Origin: Candidatus Saccharimonadota bacterium
Lineage (GTDB): Bacteria; Patescibacteriota; Gracilibacteria; BD1-5; UBA6164
Assembly: GCA_965227835.1 (NCBI GenBank)
Contig: OZ245768.1
Span: 30,001-62,000 of the forward strand
Direction of reading: 5' to 3'
Length of the DNA stretch: 32,000 bases
A model generated the notes under the pieces. The model had not been told where the DNA came from. It was given only the letters and a program-made list of their open reading frames with translations, and ran no database searches. The translations under genes were made by a program, and so were the position numbers. Shown one piece after another: positions 12,001 to 21,877 of the stretch (the stretch's first letter is position 1; every line of letters begins with the position of its first letter).

Positions 12001-12286
12001 TATAGTAAAATAATCTGCAAGTTATCTTACTATATATATTATGAATAAACTGGGTATTTTTTTCAAAAAGACAAAGTTCTTACAATATCAAAGGGCTAAA
12101 GCCCTCTGTTGATAAACAACAAGAAATTGTTTTTCCAATTAAATTCGTATTTTGAAATAGTCTAATTTACGAGTTAGTTTACTATATAACATAATAAACC
12201 AATTTAAAAAGTTGTTTTGTTATATAAACGGTAAATAAAAGCAAATAAAAACTTCCCAAAATATCAAATGGCTAAAGCCATCTGCC
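12001..12286 (-). repeat. Family-A composite repeat, long copy R1 (reverse orientation)
   Basis: 12001..12200 aligns with 22763..22964 at roughly 85-90% identity by eye. Contains hairpins caaagggctaaagccctctgttg (12099..12121) and caaatggctaaagccatctgcc (12265..12286). Confidence 0.75.
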
Positions 12287-12322
12287 TACTGAAAATAATA
12301 AAAATAATATTCTCCCATTTTT

Positions 12323-12532
12323 TTATTTATAGATTTTATATTTTCCAAAACTAAAAAATTCTTTTTTCCCAGAAGCCATATTTCATTTTTTCATAAAATT
12401 AAAAGCAGTATTTATAAGTATTATATTCAATCATACAAGTAAGAAAAATCCTCATATTAGATATGCTAAAAATTCTGGATATGCTATTATTACTATACCA
12501 AATATTGCCAAGAGAAATCATACTAATTTCAT
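12323..12532 (-). CDS. Small membrane protein (69 aa), hypothetical
   Basis: MKLVGFLLAIFGIVIIAYPEFLAYLIGGFFLLVGLNIILINTAF... has two hydrophobic helices and starts 18 nt downstream of the murA stop. It is in frame with TGA=Gly. Confidence 0.45.
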
Positions 12533-12549
12533 AATGATTTTTTAAAAAA

Positions 12550-13830
12550 TTAAAGTTTATTTTTTTGAACAAGTTTCACTTCCTTTATATCAGCTCAAAG
12601 CTTAGTTAAATTTTCTACTATATTCTCATAACCTCTGTATACATATTCTATATTTTCTACATTTGTCGTTCATTCTGTTATTAATCATGCTATTATCATA
12701 GAAGCTCCTGCCCTTAAATCCCAGCTTTTTAGTGTTTTTCAAGAAGCCAAATTTGTTTTTCATTTTATTAATACTTCATGAGGATTAAGTATAGAAATAT
12801 CTGCTCATATACTTTCTAATTCTACCAACCATCCAAGTCTACCTTCAAAAAGAATTTCATGTATCTTACTCATACCTTTGCTTTGTGTTTGTAAGACGGC
12901 AAAAGGAGATTGTAAATCTGTAGGGAAGCCAGGAAAAATATTTGTTTGAATATTTGTAGCTTTTAACTCTTTTGATCTGTAAACTCTCAAGGTATCATTT
13001 CATAAATCTTCAAATTTTACTCAAGCTTCTTCAATTTTTTCCAAGAAGCTATATAGATCGGTTATTCTAGAGTTTTCTATATCTATGTATTCTTCAGAAG
13101 CTAAAGCTCATATTACAGCATAAGTACCTGATTGTATATAATCTGAAATTATATCAAAGGAAAAATCACTTTTTAAACTGTCTACTCAATTTATTATTAT
13201 GCTGTGATCATATCTTATACCTATATCTGCTCATGCTTTTCTTAAAAAATCTATCAAGTTCAATACATGTGGTTCCAAAGCAGAAAGTCTTATAGTAGTC
13301 CTACCTTTTCTTAGAACATTAGCAACTATCATATTTTCTGTAGGTGTAACTCAAAATCAAGCTTCTAAAATAATTTCTCAAGATTTAGGTTTTCAGCTGA
13401 AATAAACTAATTCATTTTTATATTCATATTTGTATCAAATTTTTTCAAGTCATTTCAAATGTTTGTAAATGGATCTAACTCACAAATTACATCATCCAGG
13501 TAAAGGTATAGAAATATTTCATAATCTTTCCAAGATAGGTGCTACCAAAAGTATACTGGCTCTTATTTTTTTTATCTTATTTAAATCAAATTTATTTTTT
13601 TCAATTTTGGAACTATCTATAATCAAGGTATTTTTCTCAAAGCTATACTTGACTCAAATTCAAGATAATATATCTAAATAAGTAAATATATCTCATATTT
13701 CTGGTACGTTTCTAAGTGTAGTTTTTCATTTTATTAGCAAACAAGCTGCTATTATAGGGAGAGAGGCATTTTTACTTCATCATATTTTAACTTTTCACTT
13801 TAGTTTTTTTCATCAATTTATTTGTAGCAT
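12550..13830 (-). CDS. murA: UDP-N-acetylglucosamine 1-carboxyvinyltransferase MurA (426 aa)
   Basis: MLQINGGKKLKGKVKIGGSKNASLPIIAACLL...LPGGCNLGVRSI...NIFPGFPTDLQSPFAVLQTQ...WDLRAGASMIIAGL. Track ORF 12805..12990 is in the same frame. Confidence 0.95.
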
Positions 13831-14095
13831 TTTTTTAATATTTGTTTAGTTTTATATCTTTTTTTCCATTATATTGTTATATAAAAAATTTAAAATTTAA
13901 ATTCTTATAAAAATCTAAATTTATTATATTCTTCATATAAATTTTAGTAGAATATAAAGGAAAATCTGAAGAATTAATACCTATTAAAAAGTAGTTTTCC
14001 AGAGACATATTAATTAATTTTGTAAAAATTTAATTTTTTATTAACATATTTATAGTTTAAGGAGAACATGAAAAATTAATATATAGTAAAAAAAT

Positions 14096-14647
14096 ATGAT
14101 TAAAAAATTTATATTAATAATAACAATTATATTTCTTCAATTTTCAAATTTAGAAATAAATGCAAATGATGCACAAAAACAGCAACAAGTATGGGATAGT
14201 GCATCACCAGAAGCAAAGCAAAGAGTTATGGATGAATTTGGATTGAGTGAACAAGAATTACAGAATAATCTTAGTGATTGACAGATTTGACCTATAACAC
14301 AAGCTTTAGCAGATGCTAACAGAGATCTTGATCCAAATAATCTATCATCACCAAACTATATGATAGATACTAATAATTTAGGTTTAGGAACAAGTTTAAA
14401 GAGAAATACAGCTGAAGATACAACGGAAAATGTATTAGCACAAATTGTAAACAAAATGTTAATAGCACTTTGATCTTTAGCTCTTTTTATGATGACTCTT
14501 GGTTGATGATATATGATATTTTCTCACTGAAATGATGAAATACTTGGTAGATGAAAAGCTTTGATAATAGCTTGAATAGTATCTATAGTAGTTGCTCTTT
14601 CAGCTTGAATAATAATGAGAGTTACTATTTATTTGCTTTATTCTTAA
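14096..14647 (+). CDS. TrbC/VirB2-like (type IV secretion pilin-like) small membrane protein, paralog A
   Basis: Signal peptide, then two C-terminal hydrophobic helices separated by a charged loop: ...LIALGSLALFMMTLGGGYMIFSHGNDEILGRGKALIIAGIVSIVVALSAGII. Confidence 0.65.
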
Positions 14648-14659
14648 AAAAATTTTTAA

Positions 14660-15022
14660 ATGAAAAAAATATTTTATATAGTTTTTTTTATAATCACTGC
14701 TTTTTCGCAAAAAGTTTTTGCTAATCCACCAGAGGATCTTCTACCCGATTTGCCATTACCTTGAGGTTGAGGTTGAGATTACAGTGAAAGTATTTCAAAA
14801 ATATGATGAGACCTTATTTCAACTTTTATAAGCTATGTGGCTATAATAGCTGTTATTGCATTGATGATAAGCTGAATAATGTATTTAGTAGCGAATTGAG
14901 ATGAAGAAAAAACTAAAAAAGCAAAAAATGCTATAACCTGGTCTCTTGTTTGAGTATTACTATCTATATCAGCTTGGGGTATAATAGCTGTAATAAACAA
15001 TTTAACTATAAATTTAAGTTAA
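14660..15022 (+). CDS. TrbC/VirB2-like pilin paralog B
   Basis: MKKIFYIVFFIITAFSQKVFA signal, then ...FISYVAIIAVIALMISGIMYLVANGDEEKTKKAKNAITWSLVGVLLSISAWGIIAVI. Confidence 0.65.
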
Positions 15023-15027
15023 AAAAC

Positions 15028-15396
15028 ATGAAAAAACTAATTTTTACATTATCCTCTGTATTATTTCTTTTTCTATTTAGTCTAAATTCTATTTTTTGAA
15101 ATGATTATGTGAAGAATGCTATGTTACCCAGTGATAGTTTACTTGTAGCAGAGGTATGAGAAGGTAAAGAAGGTTTAGTGTCTCTATTTTGATTTGCAAG
15201 GGATAGTATATTTGGGCTTTTAGCATTTATATCTATAAGTGTTTTTATATTTATGTGAGCTAGACTTGTAATGGCTAGATGAAATTCTGAGGAGCTGAAA
15301 AAAGTCCTTATTCAGTTTGTTTATTCTATAGTGGGATTAACTATAGTAGCATTATCATGGGCAGCTGTTCAATTGGTTTCAAGTTTAAATCTTTAA
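15028..15396 (+). CDS. TrbC/VirB2-like pilin paralog C
   Basis: Signal peptide, then ...IFGLLAFISISVFIFMGARLVMARGNSEELKKVLIQFVYSIVGLTIVALSWAAVQLV. Confidence 0.6.
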
Positions 15397-15405
15397 AAGC
15401 AAAAA

Positions 15406-15816
15406 ATGATAAAAAAAATATTTTTTTTAATGATTATTTCACTTTCAATTCTAATACCAAGCAATTTTGTTTTTTCTGAGTGTACATATTCATGAGATGC
15501 GAGCTCAGATTTAAAAGGTTGTTTAGAATGAAAATCTAAATTGGTCTCGACGGATAATTCTAATTTAAGTGTTGAAAGCTGATTTAAAGATAAAATCAAT
15601 ACCTGGGTTTTAAATATAGCTTGATTTTTAGGTTTGGTATCTGTTTTTGCTTTGGTTTATGCGGGATTTGTTATGGCAACAAGTATTTGAGATGAAGAAA
15701 AAATAAAAAAAGCAAAAGACTTAGTAAAATGGGTTTTGCTGTGATTTTTAGCTGTAGTAACATCGGGTACAATTATAACTATCACTATTAATTTTATGTA
15801 TTCACTTTGAGGTTAG
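15406..15816 (+). CDS. TrbC/VirB2-like pilin paralog D
   Basis: Signal peptide, then ...WVLNIAGFLGLVSVFALVYAGFVMATSIGDEEKIKKAKDLVKWVLLGFLAVVTSGTIITI. Confidence 0.65.
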
Positions 15817-15879
15817 TTTTTTAATATATATTTATTTAGTATTAAATTCATTAATAACTAATCTAGTCTGAACAAGACT

Positions 15880-16015
15880 TCACAACCAGCCATCTCCAGC
15901 TCAACTTCAACCTACCCCTAAACTTCTTCACCTCACCCTAGCCCTCTCCTTTGGAGGAGAGTAGGGAATAGAACAGAGAGAGGCTATATGGGTAGTGAAA
16001 AATTTATATAACTTT
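15880..16015 (+). repeat. Family-B intergenic repeat, copy 2
   Basis: cacctcaccctagccctctcctttggaggagagtagggaatagaacagagaga... aligns with 8708..8815 and has the hairpin ccctctcct/aggagag(ta)ggg. Confidence 0.6.
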
Positions 16016-16096
16016 CTTGTACAAAAGTCTGAAACTCTCTGGCTTAAAGTGAAGCTAAGAAAATCATAAAAAGTTTGTCTTAAATTAAGATAAAAA

Positions 16097-17020
16097 ATGA
16101 AAAATATATTAGCGATAATAATTTTAACTAGCTTTTTTACAGCTGTAATATTTTTTATAAATTACAGCTTTTTTTGGGAAAAACAAAAAAGTATAAAAAA
16201 TAGTATAATAGAAGAAAACTATATAGAAAAGGAAAACTTAGATAAGAATAATATAGAAGATCTACAAACTCATAGTTTAAAAGAATGACATAGTCATGAT
16301 AAGCCTGAACCAAAAAAAGTTAAAAACCAAGATCTTTTACTACATTTAAAAAAGCAAATAGATAAAAAATACAAATTTTATTATTCTCCTTCTGATTTTA
16401 AAAAAGAAATAATCATTTTAAAAAATAATTTAGAAGAAATAATCTCAAAAGGTATTTTTTACGATAAAATAAATTTCTTAAATGTATTTCTTTCAAAAGA
16501 AAAGGTTGATAGAAGATGAAAAATGAAAAACAAGGAGATAAAATTATTTTGAGCTAGGCAAGATAATATCTCTGAATATATATCAGTTTTTATACATGAA
16601 TTTGCTCATTATATAGATTTATATTTTTTGGAAGAAAAAGTATTTTTGGATATAAGCTATAAATTTTATGATATTTCCTGGGAACAAACACAGATAAAAA
16701 AATTATGAGCAAAAAGTCAGGATTTTGTAAGTGGATATGCTATGACCAATAAATATGAAGATTTTGCTGAAAGTTTTACTTACTATATATTACATAACAG
16801 AGACTTTTTACAAAAAACCAAATGAAATGAAATACTAAAAAAGAAATATGATTTTTTTTCTATATACATATTCAAAGACAGACAATTTTTTGCCACAAAA
16901 TTTTCAAAAAATGAAGAAATAAAGGACTATTACTGGGATATAACAAAAATAGATTTTGATAAAAATAAATTTATGGATTATTTAGAAAATATTACTAAAA
17001 TGGATTTGGGTAAATTATAA
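16097..17020 (+). CDS. Membrane-anchored putative zinc metallopeptidase (HExxH), 307 aa
   Basis: N-terminal TM helix ILAIIILTSFFTAVIFFI. HEFAH at 16604..16618 sits in ISVFIHEFAHYIDLYF. Downstream is GYAMTNKYEDFAESFTYYI. No exact family recognised. Confidence 0.6.
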
Positions 17021-17163
17021 GGGTCTTTGGCAAAACTCATATTTTGTAGAAAAAAATAATCTTTTTTGACAACTTTTACTTAAAAACTAGAATAAAGCAG
17101 GTTAGGAAATTTATATATTTTTTATGTAGAGAATTAATAATTATTTTATAACTTAAATTTTTT

Positions 17164-19287
17164 ATGGAAAACTTTAAAATAAAAATAAGAATAGGTTTAA
17201 CTATTTTTTTATTTTTTGGTCTATTAATACCCAACAATACAATGGGTGAATCATCTTATAGCTCTAATTTAGAGTGGATGAAAAAAAGGGTAGAATGGCA
17301 ACAAAAGTCATTGGCTGAAGCTAAAAAAGAACTTGAAAATATTGAATCAGGAGAAACATATATAGAAAAGATAGATGATGTTATGTTAAAATTAAAAGAG
17401 GAGGAAAAAATGATGAAAAAAGTATTAGAAAGGGCTTCTAGTAGTAGAAATAAATTAACTCAAAATAAAAGTTCACAAAAAGTGAGAATTATACTTGACT
17501 ATTTAATACAAAGTATTCTTGTGGAACAAAAAAACCTAAATTTACAAAACTTTATAGAAAAAGAAGAATTATCTAATAAAAAGTTAGAAGAAATCAATAA
17601 TTCCTATATATCACAAAAAGATAAAAAACAAGCTGAAGATAGATTAGCTGAAATACAGCTAAACTTATTTGAAGAAATTAAATTGTATTTAGAAAAATAT
17701 CTTTGAGAAATACAAAATGGCTCAAGCTATCAAGCAAAATGAGATATGAATTTAGTTTTTAATATCAATCATGAATCTATTTGAGAAATAAAAACAGATA
17801 CTTCTATAAATAACTATATATCAAATATATCCTGACTTAACTCAAGTTTTTCATGAGATTTCAAAACTTCTCTTGAATCAAAAAGTAATTACTTTGAAGA
17901 TATAGATTTGAGTATTGAAACTTTTATGGAAACCATAAGTTTAGATAATTATGTATATTTACTTTTAGATGATTTAAAAATTGAAGATAACTCTTCATGG
18001 AAAATATTTCAAAAAAGTATTGAAGATCTGAAAAAGATTGCTGAAGAGAAACAATATATCAAATATAATTTAGAAAATCAGGATTTATTACAACAAACAG
18101 AAGCTTTAAATTTAGAATGGATTGATTTTTGAAAACTACTTTCAGATATGCAAGAATCTTTAAAAGAACCCTTATTTGAAGCCTATGAAAAAAAAGATAA
18201 TAGATACTTACTAATACCTTCAAAATATGCCTGTGATAAATTAAAAGAACTAAAAAAACTTTCTAGTTCTTGGGCAGCATTTTTATATAAATTTTCTAGT
18301 TCATGTAGTGAGTCTGATTATAAAAATTTGGTAAAGAAAGTATCTGATAGTTGAGTCTTATATATGGAAATTAAATGAAATGAAACCATACTTGGTTTTG
18401 ACTTTTACCCTCAAAACTGAATGAAAAGTTGGGATTCTTATATCTTATTTGATAAATGAAGTATAGAAAAAATATATTCTGAAGCTATATTAGAAAACAA
18501 GGAAGAAAATCTAAAATTGGATTATGTAGCTAATGAAAAGCTAGATTTTAAAATGAAAAGTGGTTTGAAAATCCAAATTATTCTTGAATCTAAACTAGAT
18601 AAAAACAATAGATTTTCTTATCTTGATTTTTATTTCAATATGAAATGAATTGGTAATATTTCTTTGAATATCAGCAATAAAAATTTGGTATGAGATTTTG
18701 ATTATGATTATGGTGATTTAAATATTTCTGGAGAAATGACAGGTAAACAAAATTCAAGCAATGAAATACAAGACTTTAATTTAGTATTATCCTGAATAGA
18801 TATAAAATCAGATAGTGAAGCTCTAAATATGGAGTTTGATAAACAAAAAGATGATTATTATTTAGTTTTAGACATACTAGATGATTGAGAAGAGCATATT
18901 TATATGGATTTGAGTTTGGAAAATAAAAATATATCTGGAGAAACTAAAGTTTTTGATAAAACTTGAGAAGCATATATTCAAATAGAACACAGCTGAAGTT
19001 ATGATGATACTTATCTGGAATTTAAAAATAAAGCTTTCTTGGAAAAAGATTTGCTCTCTTTATATCTTGGTTCAGAAAAAGATGACAATAAAGATATAGT
19101 ATCCATATTTGATATTGTTATAAGTTTTGATTCTGGAGAAAGTATATTTGATATGAAATTTGAGTATGATAAATGAGATAGAAAAGTATTTGAGATGATT
19201 TTGGAAAATGATGCTAATATAGAATACAAAGATATAGAAATAAAAGCTCCTAAAAATAGTATAAATCTACAAGATGTTTTAGAGTAA
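17164..19287 (+). CDS. Secreted or anchored coiled-coil-rich protein (707 aa), function unknown
   Basis: Signal-like N-terminus MENFKIKIRIGLTIFLFFGLLIPNNTMG. Track ORFs 17164, 17908 and 18148 share one frame, which stays free of TAA/TAG to 19285..19287 with TGA=Gly. Confidence 0.7.
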
Positions 19288-19375
19288 TAATGTTATTCTT
19301 TCTTAAAAGATTTGCTAAATCACTGCACTTGGCTATATTAAATGGGGTAAAAATTTTAACTTTTAAAAAAAAATT

Positions 19376-20452
19376 ATGGCAAATAAAAACAACAATGTTA
19401 CTATACTTTATTGAGTTATATGAGCTTTATCACTTTTAGTGGTATGAATGTTTTGATACTTAGTATGACAAGGTTGAAATTGATGAAATTATTCATCAAA
19501 AATGTGATCTATAGATTCTGAAATATCTATGATAGCAGAAGCTTGAAGACTTGGTTTGGATGTGGAAGAATTAAGGCAATGTGCTAAAAGTAATAAATAC
19601 ACAGATAAAATTAACTCTCAAATGAGAAAATGAGGTGAACTTTTTGGTATAACTGGAACTCCTGGTAATATTTTGATAAACAATGAAACTTGAGAATATG
19701 AAGTGATAGCTTGAGCCTATCCTAAAGAAACTTTTATGTCTATAATAGATAGACTACTTTCAGAAGCTTCCGAAATTCCTCAAAATGAAAATGTAGAAAA
19801 AAAAGATTTTGTTTTAAGTAGTGATAAAAATACTCTTACAGTAATAAGCGATAGGAGGGACGGTACAACACCTTTAGAAGAAATAACTTGAAATTTAAGG
19901 CAGATAGAAAATATATGAAAAATGGAGATACAAAATTATGATTTTTCTGATAATGGTGTGGAAGAATATTTGAGAGAAAACAAAATAGAAAATTTACCTG
20001 CTTTTATATTTTCAACAAACAAAATAGATGACAACATAGATAGCTATTTAACAAAATTAGAAGGAGATAATTATTCTTTGAATGTATGAGCTAGTTTTAG
20101 TCCTTTTGGAGAGCTAAGTTCTAAGTGATTTAAAATACTTGATAAGAGCATTATAGAGTGAATAAAAAAAGATTCTTATATAGAATGAAATGAAAATGCT
20201 AAAATAACTTGGCTTGAATATTCTGATTTGGAATGTCCTTTTTGTGCAAGACTTCATAATTCTGATGTAGAATCTAGTTTAAAAGAAAAATACTCTTCAG
20301 ATTTAAACATAATTTTTAATCATTTCCCTTTATGATTTCATAAAAAAGCTTTACCTGGTGCTAAAATTTTAGAATGTGTTTGAGAACAAGGATGAGTTGA
20401 AGCTTTTTATAAAGTAATGAGATATTCTTTCAAACACGAAGTTCAAGAATAG
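19376..20452 (+). CDS. Membrane-anchored DsbA-like thiol:disulfide oxidoreductase with apparently permuted domain order
   Basis: TM helix VTILYGVIGALSLLVVGMFGYLV. The cis-Pro segment FGITGTPGNILINNETGEYEVIAGAYP (about 19640..19720) comes BEFORE the CxxC segment ITWLEYSDLECPFCARLH (tgt cct ttt tgt at 20234..20245). Confidence 0.7.
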
Positions 20453-20484
20453 TTGACTTTAAAACTTTTAAATATAATATGTTA

Positions 20485-20508
20485 AAACTCCTATAGTGGG
20501 AGTTTTTT
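20485..20508 (+). terminator. Rho-independent terminator after the DsbA-like gene
   Basis: Stem aaactcc (20485..20491) pairs with ggagttt (20499..20505), then a T run. The track's GTG start at 20496 lies inside this hairpin. Confidence 0.55.
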
Positions 20509-20537
20509 CTTTAACATTTTTAAAAAGGAGTATTAAA

Positions 20538-21638
20538 ATGTCAAAAAAATCTTTGGCTCATAATCCTATTATGAGAAGAGTTTTGGATCGTTCTTGTGAT
20601 TCTTTAAGTATTGTAAAAGAGATATTAGAATTCTATGATTTTGATATAACAAATCGTAGACCTAAGATATCTAGGGAACTTGTGACAGATTTAGATTTGT
20701 TTAGTTTCTTGTTTAATTTGGCTTCTAGGCAAGCCGTAATTAACATTCCAAAATATTTAATTAAAGATGATAAAAGAGTTTATTCGAATCAAAGGACTGT
20801 TTCTGATGAAAATCGTCATGGTAAATTACTTAGACTTGGTGCTAATAGAAAGCATTTTGGATTTTTTATAAGAGTTCATGATGCAAATGTTATCACTTGG
20901 GATTCTCAAGATAGAGAAGGTGTAGGTGCTTACAGAAACTTCTATGTTGTTTCACCTGACGGGAAGCTATATGATGGTTGGGATAATATTGAGTTTAGAC
21001 CAACTAGAAGAGAAAGTACTTTTTTTGAAGAAAATTTACATTTTATTCAAGACCAAAGTAAAATTTATTTCAGTAAATTTGTTCATAATTTTCATAATCA
21101 GATTCGCTTCAATAAATTTGTTCACGAAACCAGGAGAAATTCTATATTTTCTAAAATGTATTTGATAAATAAAGCTTTGCAAATTCGTCTTGAAGATGAA
21201 GCAAAATATTGTAGAGCTTTAGCTAAACAAATGCGAGAAAAAGGAATTTTCTATACAAAAGATGAACCATCTGATAGAATAAGTGAAATAGAGCTTGAAA
21301 GTCCTAAAAAACAATATTCTATAACTGAAATAAGTGTAGAAATTCCTGATTTTTCTGGTTTATATAGTTTTTCTAGTGAAACACCTAATGATTTGAAGGC
21401 ACTTGATGAAAGAGCTAAGTTAATATCTTATAAGCTACTTCCTAGGTTAAGGCTATGGACAAAGATGTGTGAACTTGGGTATGTTTTGTATTCTCCATAC
21501 AAAGATTATATAGCCTTCTGGGTTGAAAATATGTGGGAAGAAGGATATAAAAAACCTAAGGGAAGAAGTGTTTATTCATGTCTTAAAATAGACGAGGACT
21601 TTAACCTACTAAGAAGGGAGGTCACAATTACTGACTGA
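20538..21638 (+). CDS. Standard-code-style ORF (366 aa), no family recognised; likely foreign origin
   Basis: ATG 20538 lies 7 nt after AAGGAG (20525..20530). There is no in-frame TGA in 366 codons, and all 12 Gly codons counted by hand are GGN. It ends with TGA 21636..21638, 15 nt before a strong terminator. Confidence 0.75.
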   Translation: MSKKSLAHNPIMRRVLDRSCDSLSIVKEILEFYDFDITNRRPKISRELVTDLDLFSFLFNLASRQAVINIPKYLIKDDKRVYSNQRTVSDENRHGKLLRLGANRKHFGFFIRVHDANVITWDSQDREGVGAYRNFYVVSPDGKLYDGWDNIEFRPTRRESTFFEENLHFIQDQSKIYFSKFVHNFHNQIRFNKFVHETRRNSIFSKMYLINKALQIRLEDEAKYCRALAKQMREKGIFYTKDEPSDRISEIELESPKKQYSITEISVEIPDFSGLYSFSSETPNDLKALDERAKLISYKLLPRLRLWTKMCELGYVLYSPYKDYIAFWVENMWEEGYKKPKGRSVYSCLKIDEDFNLLRREVTITD

Positions 21639-21648
21639 AAAATATTAG

Positions 21649-21688
21649 AAAAAGGGCTGTATCGGTTAACCGATACAGCCCTTTTTTA
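21649..21688. terminator. Bidirectional intrinsic terminator (12-bp perfect GC-rich stem)
   Basis: gggctgtatcgg (21654..21665), loop ttaa, ccgatacagccc (21670..21681). An A5 run precedes it and a T6 run follows. Confidence 0.8.
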
Positions 21689-21877
21689 GGTAGTTTGCTT
21701 AACTTTTTCAAAACCATAGTGATTTAATGCAAACACTATTATTCCAAATGTTTGAAAAAATGTTGCAATAAAAATTTCTTTATTTGTATATCCAAAAAGC
21801 TTCCCTGAAGCTAAAGTAATAACAAATAAAACAATAGCTATATATGTAGCAGAAATAAAAATTTTATTTCAACACAT
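21686..21877 (-). pseudogene. C-terminal portion of a small two-helix membrane protein gene, apparently separated from its start by the IS
   Basis: ...KIFISATYIAIVLFVITLASGKLFGYTNKEIFIATFFQTFGIIVFALNHYGFEKVKQTT, with the stop at 21688..21686. The upstream boundary is uncertain. Confidence 0.4.

Noticed and set aside
14060-14080. AAGGAG followed by ATG AAA AAT TAA mini-ORF upstream of the pilin cluster
   Set aside because: At three codons it is too short to support as a gene or leader peptide from sequence alone. I note it only as one of the few SD-like sites.
17164-17706. 180-codon TGA-free ORF that might be a second standard-code gene
   Set aside because: It contains only 4 Gly codons. The same frame continues for another 527 codons without TAA/TAG but with many TGA, so it is the N-terminus of one table-25 gene (17164..19287).
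20496-20537. The track's GTG start for the 380-aa ORF
   Set aside because: The GTG lies inside the terminator hairpin of the upstream gene. ATG 20538 has a canonical AAGGAG at 7-nt spacing.
20926-21165. 79-aa ORF overlapping the 366-aa ORF in another frame
   Set aside because: It is low-complexity and hydrophobic-looking, and it is fully nested in a much longer coherent ORF.
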